From Macrostomum lignano (lineage: Eukaryota): a stretch of 64,000 nt of DNA. The position numbers and the translations under genes are program-made. How positions within the stretch are numbered: position 1 is the stretch's first letter; each line of letters opens with the position of its first letter. Of this stretch, positions 1 to 12,099 are shown one piece after another. The notes below the pieces were generated by a model. The model was given only the letters and a program-made list of their open reading frames with translations, had not been told where the DNA came from and searched no databases. The stretch lies in NCBI GenBank assembly GCA_002269645.1, contig NIVC01000803.1, positions 186,001 to 250,000 on the forward strand. The letters run 5' to 3'.

Positions 1-852
1 CGGAATGGGATCGAGGCCGAAATAAATGAAAATTCCGAATGCAATTGGTGCAACTTGCCACACCTGTTGACTGGGAATGTCAACTACGTAGAAGATAATG
101 CATGACATTTAGGGTTGCATTTGTAAGATAATACAACCCGTAAAAAGGCATGCGTTATCTCACTCTAAATTCCTTTTTTCTGGGATTTAACCTAATTAAT
201 CCGGAACATGTGACATTTGTCTATGGCACTGCATTGCGGGGTCAAGGGGGCGCTTTTCTTATGCTTGAGTTTCGTCCGGAAATTATTCGTGGAGGACGTA
301 TAAATCCCGTAAAATGATTAATTACATCTTCGACTTTTCGTCTATGGTAAAATAACAGCTCGAAAATTTGACTGAAAGGGATTTAACTGGCTTTACCGCC
401 CGGCCTCCAGCTCATTGGTAAGAAAAGCGAGCGAGAAGCTTTATACCAGCTCGTACTTGGGTCTCCATCTCGGCACTCGAGTCTAAGTGACAGCTGAAGA
501 GCTGATTTCGATAGAACTTCTTCTGTAGGACACGAAAGCACATAAAACAGAAGTTTCATTGCCCAGCTCAGTTAAACAGCACCACAGAATACTCCAGACC
601 CTAGTCGATGGTCTCCTTGGCTAAGCCCGGCTAGACAGAACAGGAAAAGAGGGAAGCGCAAATCAGCTTTCAACAGGTTTACCTCGCGCTAATGGACCGT
701 TTGCTTTGGTGACAGGTGACATGCTTTCTGACAAGCTTATGTAATGCAAGGCATTTCAGTTGCTGACCAAAATTGATTTCATCACTTTCAAAAGACCATT
801 CGCATTTATTTTTTACTCGTATTTACTACTTACTAAGTAGCCGGGGCTACTA

Positions 853-1697
853 GAAGCGCCATGTCAGACTGAAAGAAGCGCCATTTCAGACATGAAAGAA
901 GCGCCATGTCAGACATGAATGAAGCGCCATGTCAGACATGAAAGAAGCGCCATGTCAGACATGAAAGAAGCGCTATGTCAGACATGAAAGAAGCGCCATG
1001 TCAGACATAAAAGAAGCGCCATATCAGACATGAAAGAAGCGCCATGTCAGACATGAAAGAAGCGCCATGTCAGACATGAAAGAAGCGCCATGTCAGACAT
1101 GAAAGAAGCGCCATGTCAGACATGAAAGAAGCGCCATGTCAGACATAAAGGAAGCGCCATGTCAGACATGAAAGAAGCGCCATGTCAGACATGAAAGAAG
1201 CGCCATGTCAGACATGAAAGAAGCGCCATGTCAGACATGAAAGAAGCGCCATGTCAGACATAAAAGAAGCGCCATGTCAGACATGAAAGAAGCGCCATGT
1301 CAGACATAAAAGAAACGCCATGTCAGACTGAAAGAAGCGCCATGTCAGACATGAAAGAAGCGCCATGTCAGACATGAAAGAAGCGCCATGTCAGACATGA
1401 AAGAAGCGCCATGTCAGACATGAAAGAAGCGCCATGTCAGACATGAAAGAAGCGCCATGTCATACTGAAAGAAGCGCCATGTCAGACATGAAAGAAGCGC
1501 CATGTCAGACATGAAAGACGTGCATGTCAAGCATGAAAGAAGCGTCATGTCAGACATGAAAGAAGCGCCATGTCAGACATGAAAGAAGCGCCATGTCAGA
1601 CATAAAAGAAGCGCCATGTCAGACATGAAAGACGTGCATGTCAAGCATGAAAAAGCGGCATTTCAAAAATGAAAGAAGCGTCATGTCGAACATAAAA
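853..1697. repeat. Minisatellite, 23-bp unit GAAGCGCCATGTCAGACATGAAA
   Basis: About 36 tandem copies read directly; each unit contains the interrupted palindrome CATGTC-A-GACATG; ends degenerate. Confidence 0.95.
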
Positions 1698-2649
1698 GAT
1701 TATTTGGGGAATTTGCTAAAAAGTCAATGCTGAGAGGTTAAAACCTACATTTAGTTTATTCAGAAATTTTTATTGCATTTCTTTGTTGGCTCCCTAACGG
1801 TGGGAGTTGATTGATAGTTTAACACTAAACATTTTATCCACCCACACGGTTTCCCACCAAACCATCCAATCTAGGGTAATAAATGATCCCAAGAACTAAG
1901 ACACAAAGCGGACAAATTTAGATATAATTAACGATTTTTCAGGTAAACTTTCAAAACACGAAATGTGTATAATTAAAAAAATTAAACAGTAGACAGTCAC
2001 AATGAGCGAAAGTAAAGTGCAAAATTATTTCTTAACGAATGGCATACAGCACTACGAATTCATTAATTAACATGGAAAATATTTGAGAAAATCGGGGGTG
2101 TAAATTGAAATGTACAGCTTGTACTTGAATAGAAGTGTGTATATATAGAAGCAAGCTTATGCTAATAAAAGTCTATTTAAATAAGTGCTTGCAGCAAAAC
2201 AACTTGGTCGCTAAGGCTATTGTCATGATTGGAGAGTCGATAAAAAATCAAGCAAATTAGCAAAAAAGGTGGAGACAAGCTGCTAAATATTTTTTATAAA
2301 GCAGTTACCTTCTGCCAATAGTTAACTTGAATCAAATTTTTCAGTATAAATTTACTACTAGTAGTAAGAAACATTGCAATTCGAATTTAAATAGTATTTT
2401 AAAATATACAATGAAATTGCATATAAAACTGCATCGACAATGAAAAACTAAGGAAATCAAAATCAAACTTGACAAAAAACAATTAGAAACCCAAGAATTA
2501 AAGCTTAAGTAAAGCATTTTTAGTTAAAACACAAATTCCTTGAATAAAAAACTAGTCAATCAAATCTTTGATCTGGTGCTTGGCTTGCGTTTTAAATTAA
2601 CTAAAACTGATTTTACGTTTGATCAAGACTAACTGTGATGCATTATACA

Positions 2650-3065
2650 GAAAGCAAACCAAAAACACCGGAAAGAAACCAGAAACACACTGGAAGCAAA
2701 CCAGAAACACACCGGAAGCAAACCAGTAACACACCGGAAGCAAACCAGAAACACACCGGAAGCAAACTAGAAACACACCGGGAGCAAACCAGAAGCACAC
2801 CGGAAGCGAACCAGAAGCACACCGGAAGCAAACCAGAAGCACACCGAAAGCGAACCAGAAGCACACCGGAAGCGAACCAGAAACACACCGGAAGCAAACC
2901 AGAAGCACACCGGAAGCGAACCAGAAGCACACCGGAAGCAAACCAGTAACACACCGGAAGCAAACCAGAAGCACACTAGATTAGAAGCAAACCAGAAACA
3001 CACCGGAAGCAAACCAGAAGCACACTGGAAGCAAACCAGAAAGATAATATGAAGCAAACCAGATA
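2650..3065. repeat. Minisatellite, 22-bp unit GAAGCAAACCAGAA(A/G)CACACCG
   Basis: Tandem copies read directly; explains the four overlapping low-complexity ORFs at 2597-3057. Confidence 0.93.
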
Positions 3066-3401
3066 CAAAACGGTGGGGGTAACAGAATTAAAAATACTTC
3101 ACCATACCAGACCTGCATGGTTGACCCCAAAGCCAAGCTCACTATTGTAGAAATTGCAATTTATAGACAAGTAAAATAATTAGCCTAAAGTACATAAGAA
3201 AACTTAAGAAAACACAAATAATGTCAGTTATACGCCAATGTACAGCATAATCAATATAATGAATAGAAAAATACTGTCAAAAAATTTGTTGATCAGACTT
3301 GACATTACAGCCGAGAGCAGTGCCTGCATACATTATTATAACCTGTTCACACGGCATGATAAATGAGGGTCCTTTCCGAAAAAAAAACTTACTAAAGCAG
3401 T

Positions 3402-3431
3402 TTAACGGCAGAGTCGCATTGTCATCTCCTT
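3402..3431 (-). CDS. MOB3: MOB kinase activator 3-like, last coding exon (KEMTMRLCR*)
   Basis: TTTGCAG acceptor then AAG GAG ATG ACA ATG CGA CTC TGC CGT TAA; resembles the MOB3 C-terminus; phase 0, 83-nt preceding intron. Confidence 0.88.
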   Translation of the reverse strand, partial: KEMTMRLCR

Positions 3432-3514
3432 CTGCAAATGAGTGTAGTAAGAGATTAAGTGCAACTACTAGCACAAATGAAAAGCTATTTGAGAATTAAA
3501 AATGCATTACTAAC

Positions 3515-3601
3515 CAGAGGCTCAAGTTCCTTCTTATCAACCAGACCGAATTCGGTGACAAAATAATAGAAATGCTTGTAGCAGGTGTTCACGTGCGCCT
3601 C
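3515..3601 (-). CDS. MOB3: MOB kinase activator 3-like, coding exon 3 ([29 protein letters not shown])
   Basis: GTCAG acceptor, GTTAGT donor, 87 nt phase 0/0; hallmark MOB motif [14 protein letters not shown]. Confidence 0.95.
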
Positions 3602-3701
3602 CTGACAAACAATTATAGTTGCGAATACGCGTATTGAATATGCGAAACGTTAATTAGTCTATTAATTAGTAGCTATTTTTAGTATGGAGACTTGCAGTCT
3701 C

Positions 3702-4612
3702 AATGCACTACTAAATGAAGGTGTGCATTGTCCCTTTGCACTACTAAATGAAGGTGTGCAGTGTCCTTTGCACTACTAAATGAAGGTGTGCAGTGTCCCT
3801 TTGCACTACTAAATGAAGGTGTGCAGTGTCCTTTGCACTACTAAATGAAGGTGTGCAGTGTCCCTTTGCACTACTAAATGAGGGTGTGCAGTGTCCCTTT
3901 GCACTACTAAATGAAGGTGTGCATTGTCCTTTGTACTACTAAATGAAGGTGTGCATTGTCCTTTGTACTACTAAATGAAGGTGTGCATTGTCCTTTGTAC
4001 TACTAAATGAAGGTGTGCATTGTCCTTTGTACTACTAAATGAAGGTGTACAGTGTCCTTTGCACTACTAAATGAAGGTGTGCATTGTCCCTTTGCACTAC
4101 TAATTGAAGGTGTGCAGTGTCCCTTTGCACTACTAAATGAAGGTGTACAGTGTCCTTTGTACTACTAAATGAAGGTGTGCATTGTCCCTTTGTACTACTA
4201 AATGAAGGTGTGCATTGTCCTTTGTACTACTAAATGAAGGTGTGCATTGTCCTTTGCACTACTAAATGAAGGTGTGCATTGTCCTTTGTACTATTAAATG
4301 AAGGTGTGCATTGTCCTTTGTACTACTAAATGAAGGTGTGCATTGTCCCTTTGAACTACTGAATGAAGGTGTGCAGTGTCCTTTGCACTACTGAATGAAG
4401 GTGTGCATTGTCCCTTTGCACTACTAAATGAAGGTGTGCAGTGTCCCTTTGCACTACTGAATAAAGGTGTGTGCACAGTGTCCTTTGAACTACTGAATGA
4501 AGGTGTGCAGTGTCCTTTGAACTACTGAATGAAGGTGTACAGTGTCCTTTGCACTACTGAATGAAGGTGTGCAGTGTCCTTTGCACTACAAGATGAAGGC
4601 GTGCAGTGTCCC
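3702..4612. repeat. Intronic minisatellite, 32/33-bp unit GCACTACTAAATGAAGGTGTGCAGTGTCC(C)TTT
   Basis: Tandem copies fill most of MOB3 intron 3602-4714. Confidence 0.95.
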
Positions 4613-4714
4613 GTTACCAACTTAGGCGGAAGTGCACCAAAGGGAGTGCTCAGTCGCAAAAATAGGGACATATTTCTCCTTAAATGTCTTCACAATAAGA
4701 GCAATAGAACTTAC

Positions 4715-5209
4715 GGCGCCAATATTCCTCAGCCGGTCAAAATGGTGAATATACACGTGAACAAACACGCGGAACAATCTAGTTAGTATTTTCTTTACGC
4801 TGGCCGTGTAATTCTTTGGGAACGGTGTCTGAGAGTCGCCAGGAAATAGGCGATCATCGTTAATCTGCTCCTCTACCCAGTCCATCAGTAGGCCAATGTA
4901 CACTGGAGCGGGCAGAGAGGTGGGCTTCTTATACTGCACTTTGTCAGCCCACTGGTACTCGTACTTGGCGCCGCCGCTCATTTTCGGACAGGCTGCCTCG
5001 GTGCAGTGCTCCGACACTGTGCCATAGATAAGGCTGATGCGATTGTAGAAATCTACAACGTGAACAGCTAGCCAATCATTGTAGTCCTCGCCGCGAGGCA
5101 ATTTGACAGCCTCTTTGAGATCGATGCCGGCGCTTAGAGAGGCCATGGCATTCTTGTGCAACTGTTGGCGCATTGTACCAGGCGTGAATTTCTTCTGCGG
5201 TTTGAATGT
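4715..5209 (-). CDS. MOB3: MOB kinase activator 3-like, coding exon 2 (TFKPQKKF...LRNIGA)
   Basis: CTAAC branch-like site and CAG acceptor, GTAAGT donor, 495 nt; MOB motifs [51 protein letters not shown]. Confidence 0.97.
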
Positions 5210-7972
5210 CTGTTCGGAGGTTTGTGCAGTTAGGTGGGCTCTTAAGAGCTAGATAAGGACACTGCCTACTAATGAGTAGCGAGGAGAGATTGCACAGCAA
5301 CAAATCGCTTATTAATTAGTCCTGGCAGTTAAATAAAGATTCTGGGTCATTTGATTAAGTTAGTCTGATGTAGTATTTTTGCAGTTTTTGGTTACTTTAG
5401 AAGTTAGGAGCAATTTGATAGTAAAGAACTAATCTGTCTGTCTGTTAAAATGCATAAATAGTTCAGATAAGTCAATAGTAAACAGTTTTATATAATTCTA
5501 CAATAATTCTAAAAGAATTGCTCTACTTTGTTACAAAAAGCTGATATATTACTTAGAGTAGAAAGTGTATTATAATTCATTGCTGTTTAAACTAGAGATC
5601 TATAAATATCAATTTCATTAATGGTTTAAAAGTATTTAGCTAATTAAAGTCTATACCAATGGCAATAAGTTCAGCTAGTAGGCTTCTATGAAGGTTAAGG
5701 TAGGTGCAGCACAAGGCCTAGAACAATGTGTATGCATTGTGCAATCTTCTAAGTCTTTGAACTACATTTCTTTCCCATTACTACAGATTTTCTTACTTGT
5801 AGGCCTATAACATTGTTATCAATGCCTTATTGTTAAAATATAACCAAAATTTTGAAATGATTTTCAATGAATGTATAAAAATTCAAAATTCAAACTGAAA
5901 TTATTTTGATACAAAATTAGGTTCCAAATTTAATATTGAAATTGAAATTGAATTTCAATCTATCACTATATTATACTTATAGCTTTTATTACAAAACAAT
6001 AGTCTTATAGATGCGCCAGCCAGGTGGGAACATTTTTTAGCTGCGATGGAAGTTGTGTGTGCCACACAGCCAGCAGTTTTGCTTTACACGTGGGGCCCAT
6101 GAGGAATTGAGACAATAAAGGACTTTTTTGTAGTTGCAACAATAAAGGACCTTTTTTGCAGTTTTGCATTATATGCACTACATGAAGACTTTTAATTAAC
6201 TTTCTAAAATCCAACATTACATATAAAAATATCAACATTGTTCTACAAGAGTAACATTCTAAAACAACAAGTAAACTCTCCAACACTATGTCATTAATAG
6301 ATACACAACTTTATAAACATATAAATCTCAAAAAGATAAAAATGTAAAAGTTTTTCTGTTATAGGACAATTTCTAGATTTTAAACTTTATTTTTGTTAGA
6401 TGTATTAATTTGATATAGACTTTTATCTATGGCATGACCGCCACTAGCATTACAGTACAACTTGAATGAGCAGTGCCTCATTCTAAGCCCACAATCAATA
6501 AAAGTGATATTGAGAGCTGCTCAACTGGAGAGCTTAAGAAATAACTGAGTTAGCTAAAGGCTATATCAAAATTGGTGTTATAATGTTTATGCATTCAGAA
6601 CCAACAGTTTTACTTTTTACAAATAAGAAAATATATAATTATTTAAATTTTCTATTTTATTCAAATAATTGAAATAAGTTATCATGGTCATTGAAACCAT
6701 GGTCATGTTTATTTCCAATAAGGGAAATGCACCAAAAGATCATCTATAGTTGTTTTTATGCTAGCCATTTGGCATTTATCCCAATTAATTTTTCTATTAA
6801 TTCTTATGCCAAGGCTAATTTTTGTCTATAATTATACTGGAGATTTTTGGTATAAGTATAAGGAAATGGACTATGGGCTGTGTACACTAAGCATGCAACT
6901 ACATATCAGTGGAAATGGCTCTATGCTGCACATATTCATAGAGCCACCTAGGTGGGAATTTTTATCAAAAAAGTGCATCAACAAGACAATGGATTATAGA
7001 GACCTAATATATTTTTTAAACTTGGCATAGAAGAACTAAAAAAGCAACTTAACTTTTAGTATATTTTTAATTTAGGCTTTTATTGCTACAGAGTTAACAA
7101 AACTAATTTTAATTTTGGCATATACCTGCCATGATCAAAGCTATAGGTATAGTAGTAACAAGCTAGGTATAGATAATTATTCTAATGTCAACAATAAACT
7201 ACACTACCTTCCTCCCTAATTATACTAGCCTATACTATAGTCCATACTCTAGAAGGCATATATCACCATCGAGCATTGAGCATCGAGCATGTTGCCTGGA
7301 ATGATAGTGATATCTAGAATGTGGCCTAGCATGATAGTGGGACATGTTTTACTGAGAAAAAAGTTTGTGAAAAGACATGATGTTGTAAAGACATACTTTT
7401 TTTATTGCAATATGACAAGTAAATTTTAATGTGCCAACAAATGTAAAATATTTGATTGCTACAAAAGTTTTTAAAAAATTGAAGACAGTTTATTTGAAAT
7501 ACATTTTTAACAATAAAAAGTTGCATGTTTTTTTCTATAACATATTAGTTTGACATGCTTTTGCTTGGCACTGGTGTGCATCTACTTGGCATTGGCATGC
7601 ATTGGTTCAGAGCATTCTAGTTCCAGCGTGCACTCAACATGATCTAGACTATGGACTATAGTCTTGCTACTTGCTTGCTTTTATAAAAAATATCAAATTT
7701 TTTGTTAAAAGAAACGGCTCTAAAAGGCCTAAAAAAGTGTTTTTTTAATAGCATAAATAGGCCTAGCATGATCAATCATACAACATACTGATTCAAATAG
7801 GGCCCAGTGCAATAAATGTCTAGCTAGGCCTAGTACTAATAGCTGCCTGCTGGCTTTTCGAGCTTAAATTTTAGAAAAATTTTACTCACAATTACCGTTA
7901 CTTACTGCTTGAAACGACTACAAATAAAAAATATAATATCAATAATAAATAAGGGTTCCTATTTTGGCTTAC

Positions 7973-8014
7973 CTTTTCTCGATTAAAAAAATCGATAAAC
8001 CCACCAAACGCCAT
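7973..8014 (-). CDS. MOB3: MOB kinase activator 3-like, first coding exon (MAFGGFIDFFNREK)
   Basis: ATG, 14 codons, AAG|GTAAGC donor; joins in phase to TFKPQKKF, giving a 217-aa protein with a MOB3-type N-terminus. Confidence 0.88.
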
Positions 8015-9871
8015 TTACTTATTTTTAATTTATATGGAGAACACAGAAAGCAGATATTCAAATCGGGCTTGTCGCCAGCAACTCCGGACACTGCTGTTAC
8101 CCAAAAAAGAACCACCACAGAAGCAATCCTATATATCCCGTAATATCCGCGATATCAACGTACATACTACGGGTCAGATTGAAATTAATTTAAATAACGG
8201 GGCCTAGTTAAAAACTGTTTAATAGTATAAGAAATTTTTACTTGTGTCTACGCGTCATGTTGTTTGAATCTATAGAATTCCAAGTCTTTTTTACTTTTTA
8301 TGTATTAAATTGATATAAATATTCCCTTCTTATTTAAAGTTGACTCTAAAAACTTGACGACTTCAAAGCTATTTAATGTACGCTTTTTTAGATCCAGGAT
8401 CTCCCTGTAGGTATACTCCGTAACCACTAGTCAGACGACAACCTGGCCGCGCCCATGGGCTGGTAAAATGAAATAACTCCCATTTAGTAGGCTGGTGCTG
8501 GCGTTCAATCTGCTGTATGGCACCCAAATGAAATCACGTACTAGTAGAATAGATAAATAATGAAAAAGATTCTCCCTAGTTGATCACAAAATCAATAAAG
8601 TCACGACATGCTATAGTTCAAAATCGCATTTTGTCTTGTGCAATAATTCGCCTACAAGTATATCTCAGCTAATTTTATTGATACAATCAATATTGCCATT
8701 ACGGCTGTTTATTGATTGTTGCTTTAATCACTGTAAATATTCAATTTGGCTGTGGATGCGAACTATTTTACAGCTAGTTTTTTTATCTCTAAAACAAAAA
8801 CTCCATGAATGTAAACTCTATACATAAAGCACTCTTGAGAAATTTTTACAAGTGCGATTTTTATAAATACTGTCCTTACTGTCTGACTCGGTCAATCCTT
8901 TGCATTACATGTAGGTTAGAACCAAGAAGCACGAAGAGGCAATTGAAGCAGCTGGTCTTTTGGGATTTTATAATTAGCATTCTCTGGCCGAGCTTCGTGT
9001 CGCTTTGAGGATTAGGAATTGTACATCAATTTGCTCTGAGGGTTGAGCTCGTTTGCAATTATCCCACCAAAGTCAAGCGTGCGCCGCGAAAATCCCCATG
9101 CCACCCCTCTAGACTTTCTCCCCCTACCGCCCACACCCTACATGTACGCACAGATCCTCATTCCGCTCCGCGAGCCTTCATTTCCATCCAAACGGCGTCT
9201 TCCCTTCGCTTGGGCATAGTGAATTTTTTTTTTGCGTCTCAAAGACCCACGAGGACATTTTTAGTTTATAGCTGGCAGTGCTCACAGCTACCATTCTCGA
9301 AAGCGATCCCATGCTACGTTAAGCTGATGTGGCCCTGTGCCTGCCGCCTCTTCCCAACAAACTCTACACTTGCATGCGATCCTATATTGAGAGCAGTTCG
9401 CAGCATGAATTTTACAAAATCTTATATTGCGGGCATACAGCAAGCATGCAAAAAAACTTCTCAAGCATGTAAATTGTCTAGATGGGCCGCGCGCGGCGCT
9501 GGTAAAAAATGTGCAGGGAGCGCATATCCTTGAGCTTTACTTAAAGCGTATAAAACGGCGCTGAATGAAACGAATTTCGTTAACGGACAAATTGCGAATC
9601 AAGGATGCTTTTCTAACCCTCCAAAGTTGATTCACAAGATGATCGAAGTTTTTTTTAATGACACTGAGTCTGGCTATAGAAAGCAAGCAAAGTTCGGGCG
9701 AAATTTCAATAGCGCAGCTCGCAATGTTTTGCATTTTTCTTAACTAAATTTTCTTAGCGTAGTCTACGTATGATAGAATTATCCTTTTAACGTCATGTAT
9801 TGAACAGACTTTTAGCAAAATCCATTTCGAGCATATCATATTGATAATGATAGTACTCCCTTAGCATAGCA

Positions 9872-10275
9872 CAAAGTGGAGGGGCAGGAGATCAGCAGAT
9901 GGGCCGCCGTCTCCTCTCCATCGCCACAGAAGCGGCAGTTGGGGGCCACGTCAACGCCGATGGCGGCCTGGAAGCCCCGCAGGGCCGGGCAGCGGTCGGC
10001 GCGCAGCTGGCAGATCAGCCGCTCCTGCCGCCGCGTGAGGTCGCTCGTCGGCGGAGGCGGCCGGCGGCCCGCCGTGCAGGCAAAGTGCCAGGCCAGCGAG
10101 CTCGTGCTCGCCGCCTCGGTGGCCACCGCGTTGTAGATCTGGTGCCAGCGGGCGAGGCAGTGGCGGCGGACGGCAGCCTGCGCGGCAGCCAACGGGACGG
10201 GCGCGGTGCCTTGCGCCAGCGTGGAGCCTCGCTTGGCGATCTCGTCCACGGCCTCGTTGCCGGGGAGGCGCATTT
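9872..10275 (-). mobile_element. Non-LTR retrotransposon ORF2 fragment (RNase H C-terminus plus CCHC zinc knuckle), truncated at both ends
   Basis: PGNEAVDEIAK matches the RNase H GNE.AD..AK motif; LTRRQERLICQLR...CRFCGDGEETAAHLLISCP is the CxxC-H-C motif; GC-rich island in AT-rich DNA. Confidence 0.85.
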
Positions 10276-12099
10276 CGTACCTGCCCGCCCGCAGCTGGCT
10301 TTGAACTGAATCAATGGTATTTTGACCATAGACATTCTATGCGGAAGGGCTGAAAATTGTTTAAACACGCTATAGTAGCTGCAATTGCATTTTGCCTGAC
10401 TCAGCACCGATATTCTTGCTAGCGTCAACCTTGGACGAAGAGACCCACACTGCTATGACACACACAGCTTCATTTTACATTCGTGAAGTCCAGCTCGCGA
10501 GAGTTTTGATTTTCAATTTTGTACTAAAAGAACATGCCCGGTCTTGCTAATGCATTTCAGAGCGTGCAGAAGTCAGCATACAGTGCAAACTTCCTTCAGT
10601 TCGATTATTTTTTACTTTTAAGATTAATTAAATGCAACTCCTCATTCCTCATCTATCTCGCTATAGCCAGTCAAGAGAATTTGCATTTATATTGCATTCT
10701 CACTGCACGATTCTGTGACTATACTTTACCCTTGTATTCTTCCAGGGGAGCTTTCAAGTTTTGATTTCTGAGGTTAAACAGAAACCAATATGTCTTAACT
10801 ATTGAAGTGAATAAGCACACGCACACGACTTGACGCGAAGCGCATTTTCTCATTGCCAACCCGTCATCGCCAACACGAGAGCTACTGTATAATCTGCATT
10901 TGGAATCGATTTAATTAATCATATTTTTAGACGTAAAGCTTTTCTAATCCCAGCCTTTCTCGTGTACGGCAGCTTCAGGCACAGCTACCCTTATCTATTC
11001 ATCCATCCATTGATGCATTGCCTGATATACTCGGTTGCAAATTGAATTATCGTCACCTCTGCTATAATATGATAATATCAATTTGCATACTTGCTTCCTC
11101 AAATCCCCTGCATCACTGTGGGATTTGTACAGCAGAGGCTGGAACGCCTCAAGGCTCGCATAAAGCGCCTTGATGACATACATTCTTTCTCTCTACTTCT
11201 CAGTCTTTCAACCTTACATATATGACGGGTATTATAAGACGGAAATCTGTCCCAGCTGCTGACAGAGAGATAGCGAGAGTAAAGGGAAATACTGAAGTTG
11301 ATGCTGAGCCCAGAAGGAAGATTTCCTCGACTTATCAGGCTGGCTCAGAATATGCTTGTACCAATAGGCAGAGCTGAGAGCACATTTTCACTCCCATAGC
11401 CAGGAGGCGAGCATGCAATGGGGTCATAAATTTCTGTCCTTATATAATCCCCATTTTAAGCCCATATATTTATCTCCCTATTGCAGAGATTGCTTAAGAG
11501 CTCGCCGGAAGACTTGTCAAGGAATGCTCAGAGCCTGTTTAGCTGCAGTCAGTGCAGCAGCAATATGCGGCTTGTCAGAGCTGAGGCATTCTCTCCCCTT
11601 CTCTCCCAGAGCCATTACTGACTCCGCTCTCTAACTGAATCAGTTCATAATGTAAAATAATCAGATTAATATCTTTCCACCCGCCCTAATACAGCATGGG
11701 TCTCTGTCTTTCTCGGGCTGAATTGAGTTAGTGATCATTTTTACAGCACAGCATAGCTATAGGCCATGGTCATTTTGTCAGCTTAGTGGCAATCTGTTTC
11801 TAGATTGGAACTATATGAATGGGGCATCTCGTCTATGATAATATGGGACTAATTCAATAACTCGTATGTTTTTTGCGTCTCCAGAAAATCTTATGTTCCC
11901 CCCCCCCCCCAGATTGATCAGACACTTCCTTGAGATTCCATCTAGCACTGGACTGTATTGCTTAGTATTGGGCCATCCAATGTACATTGCAAGCTGCATC
12001 CCCAACTTGCACACAGTTATTGACAGCTGCTATGCGTTCTGTACATGCAAAAGCCTGTTGTGTATCGATTTGATTTGTGCTTTTGAGGGGACCATTTGA

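Noticed and set aside
4622-4714. C-terminal VSSIALIVK...CTSA of ORF 4622-5173
   Set aside because: This is read-through into the intron past the GCC|GTAAGT donor; the true continuation is EAHVNTCYK at 3601.
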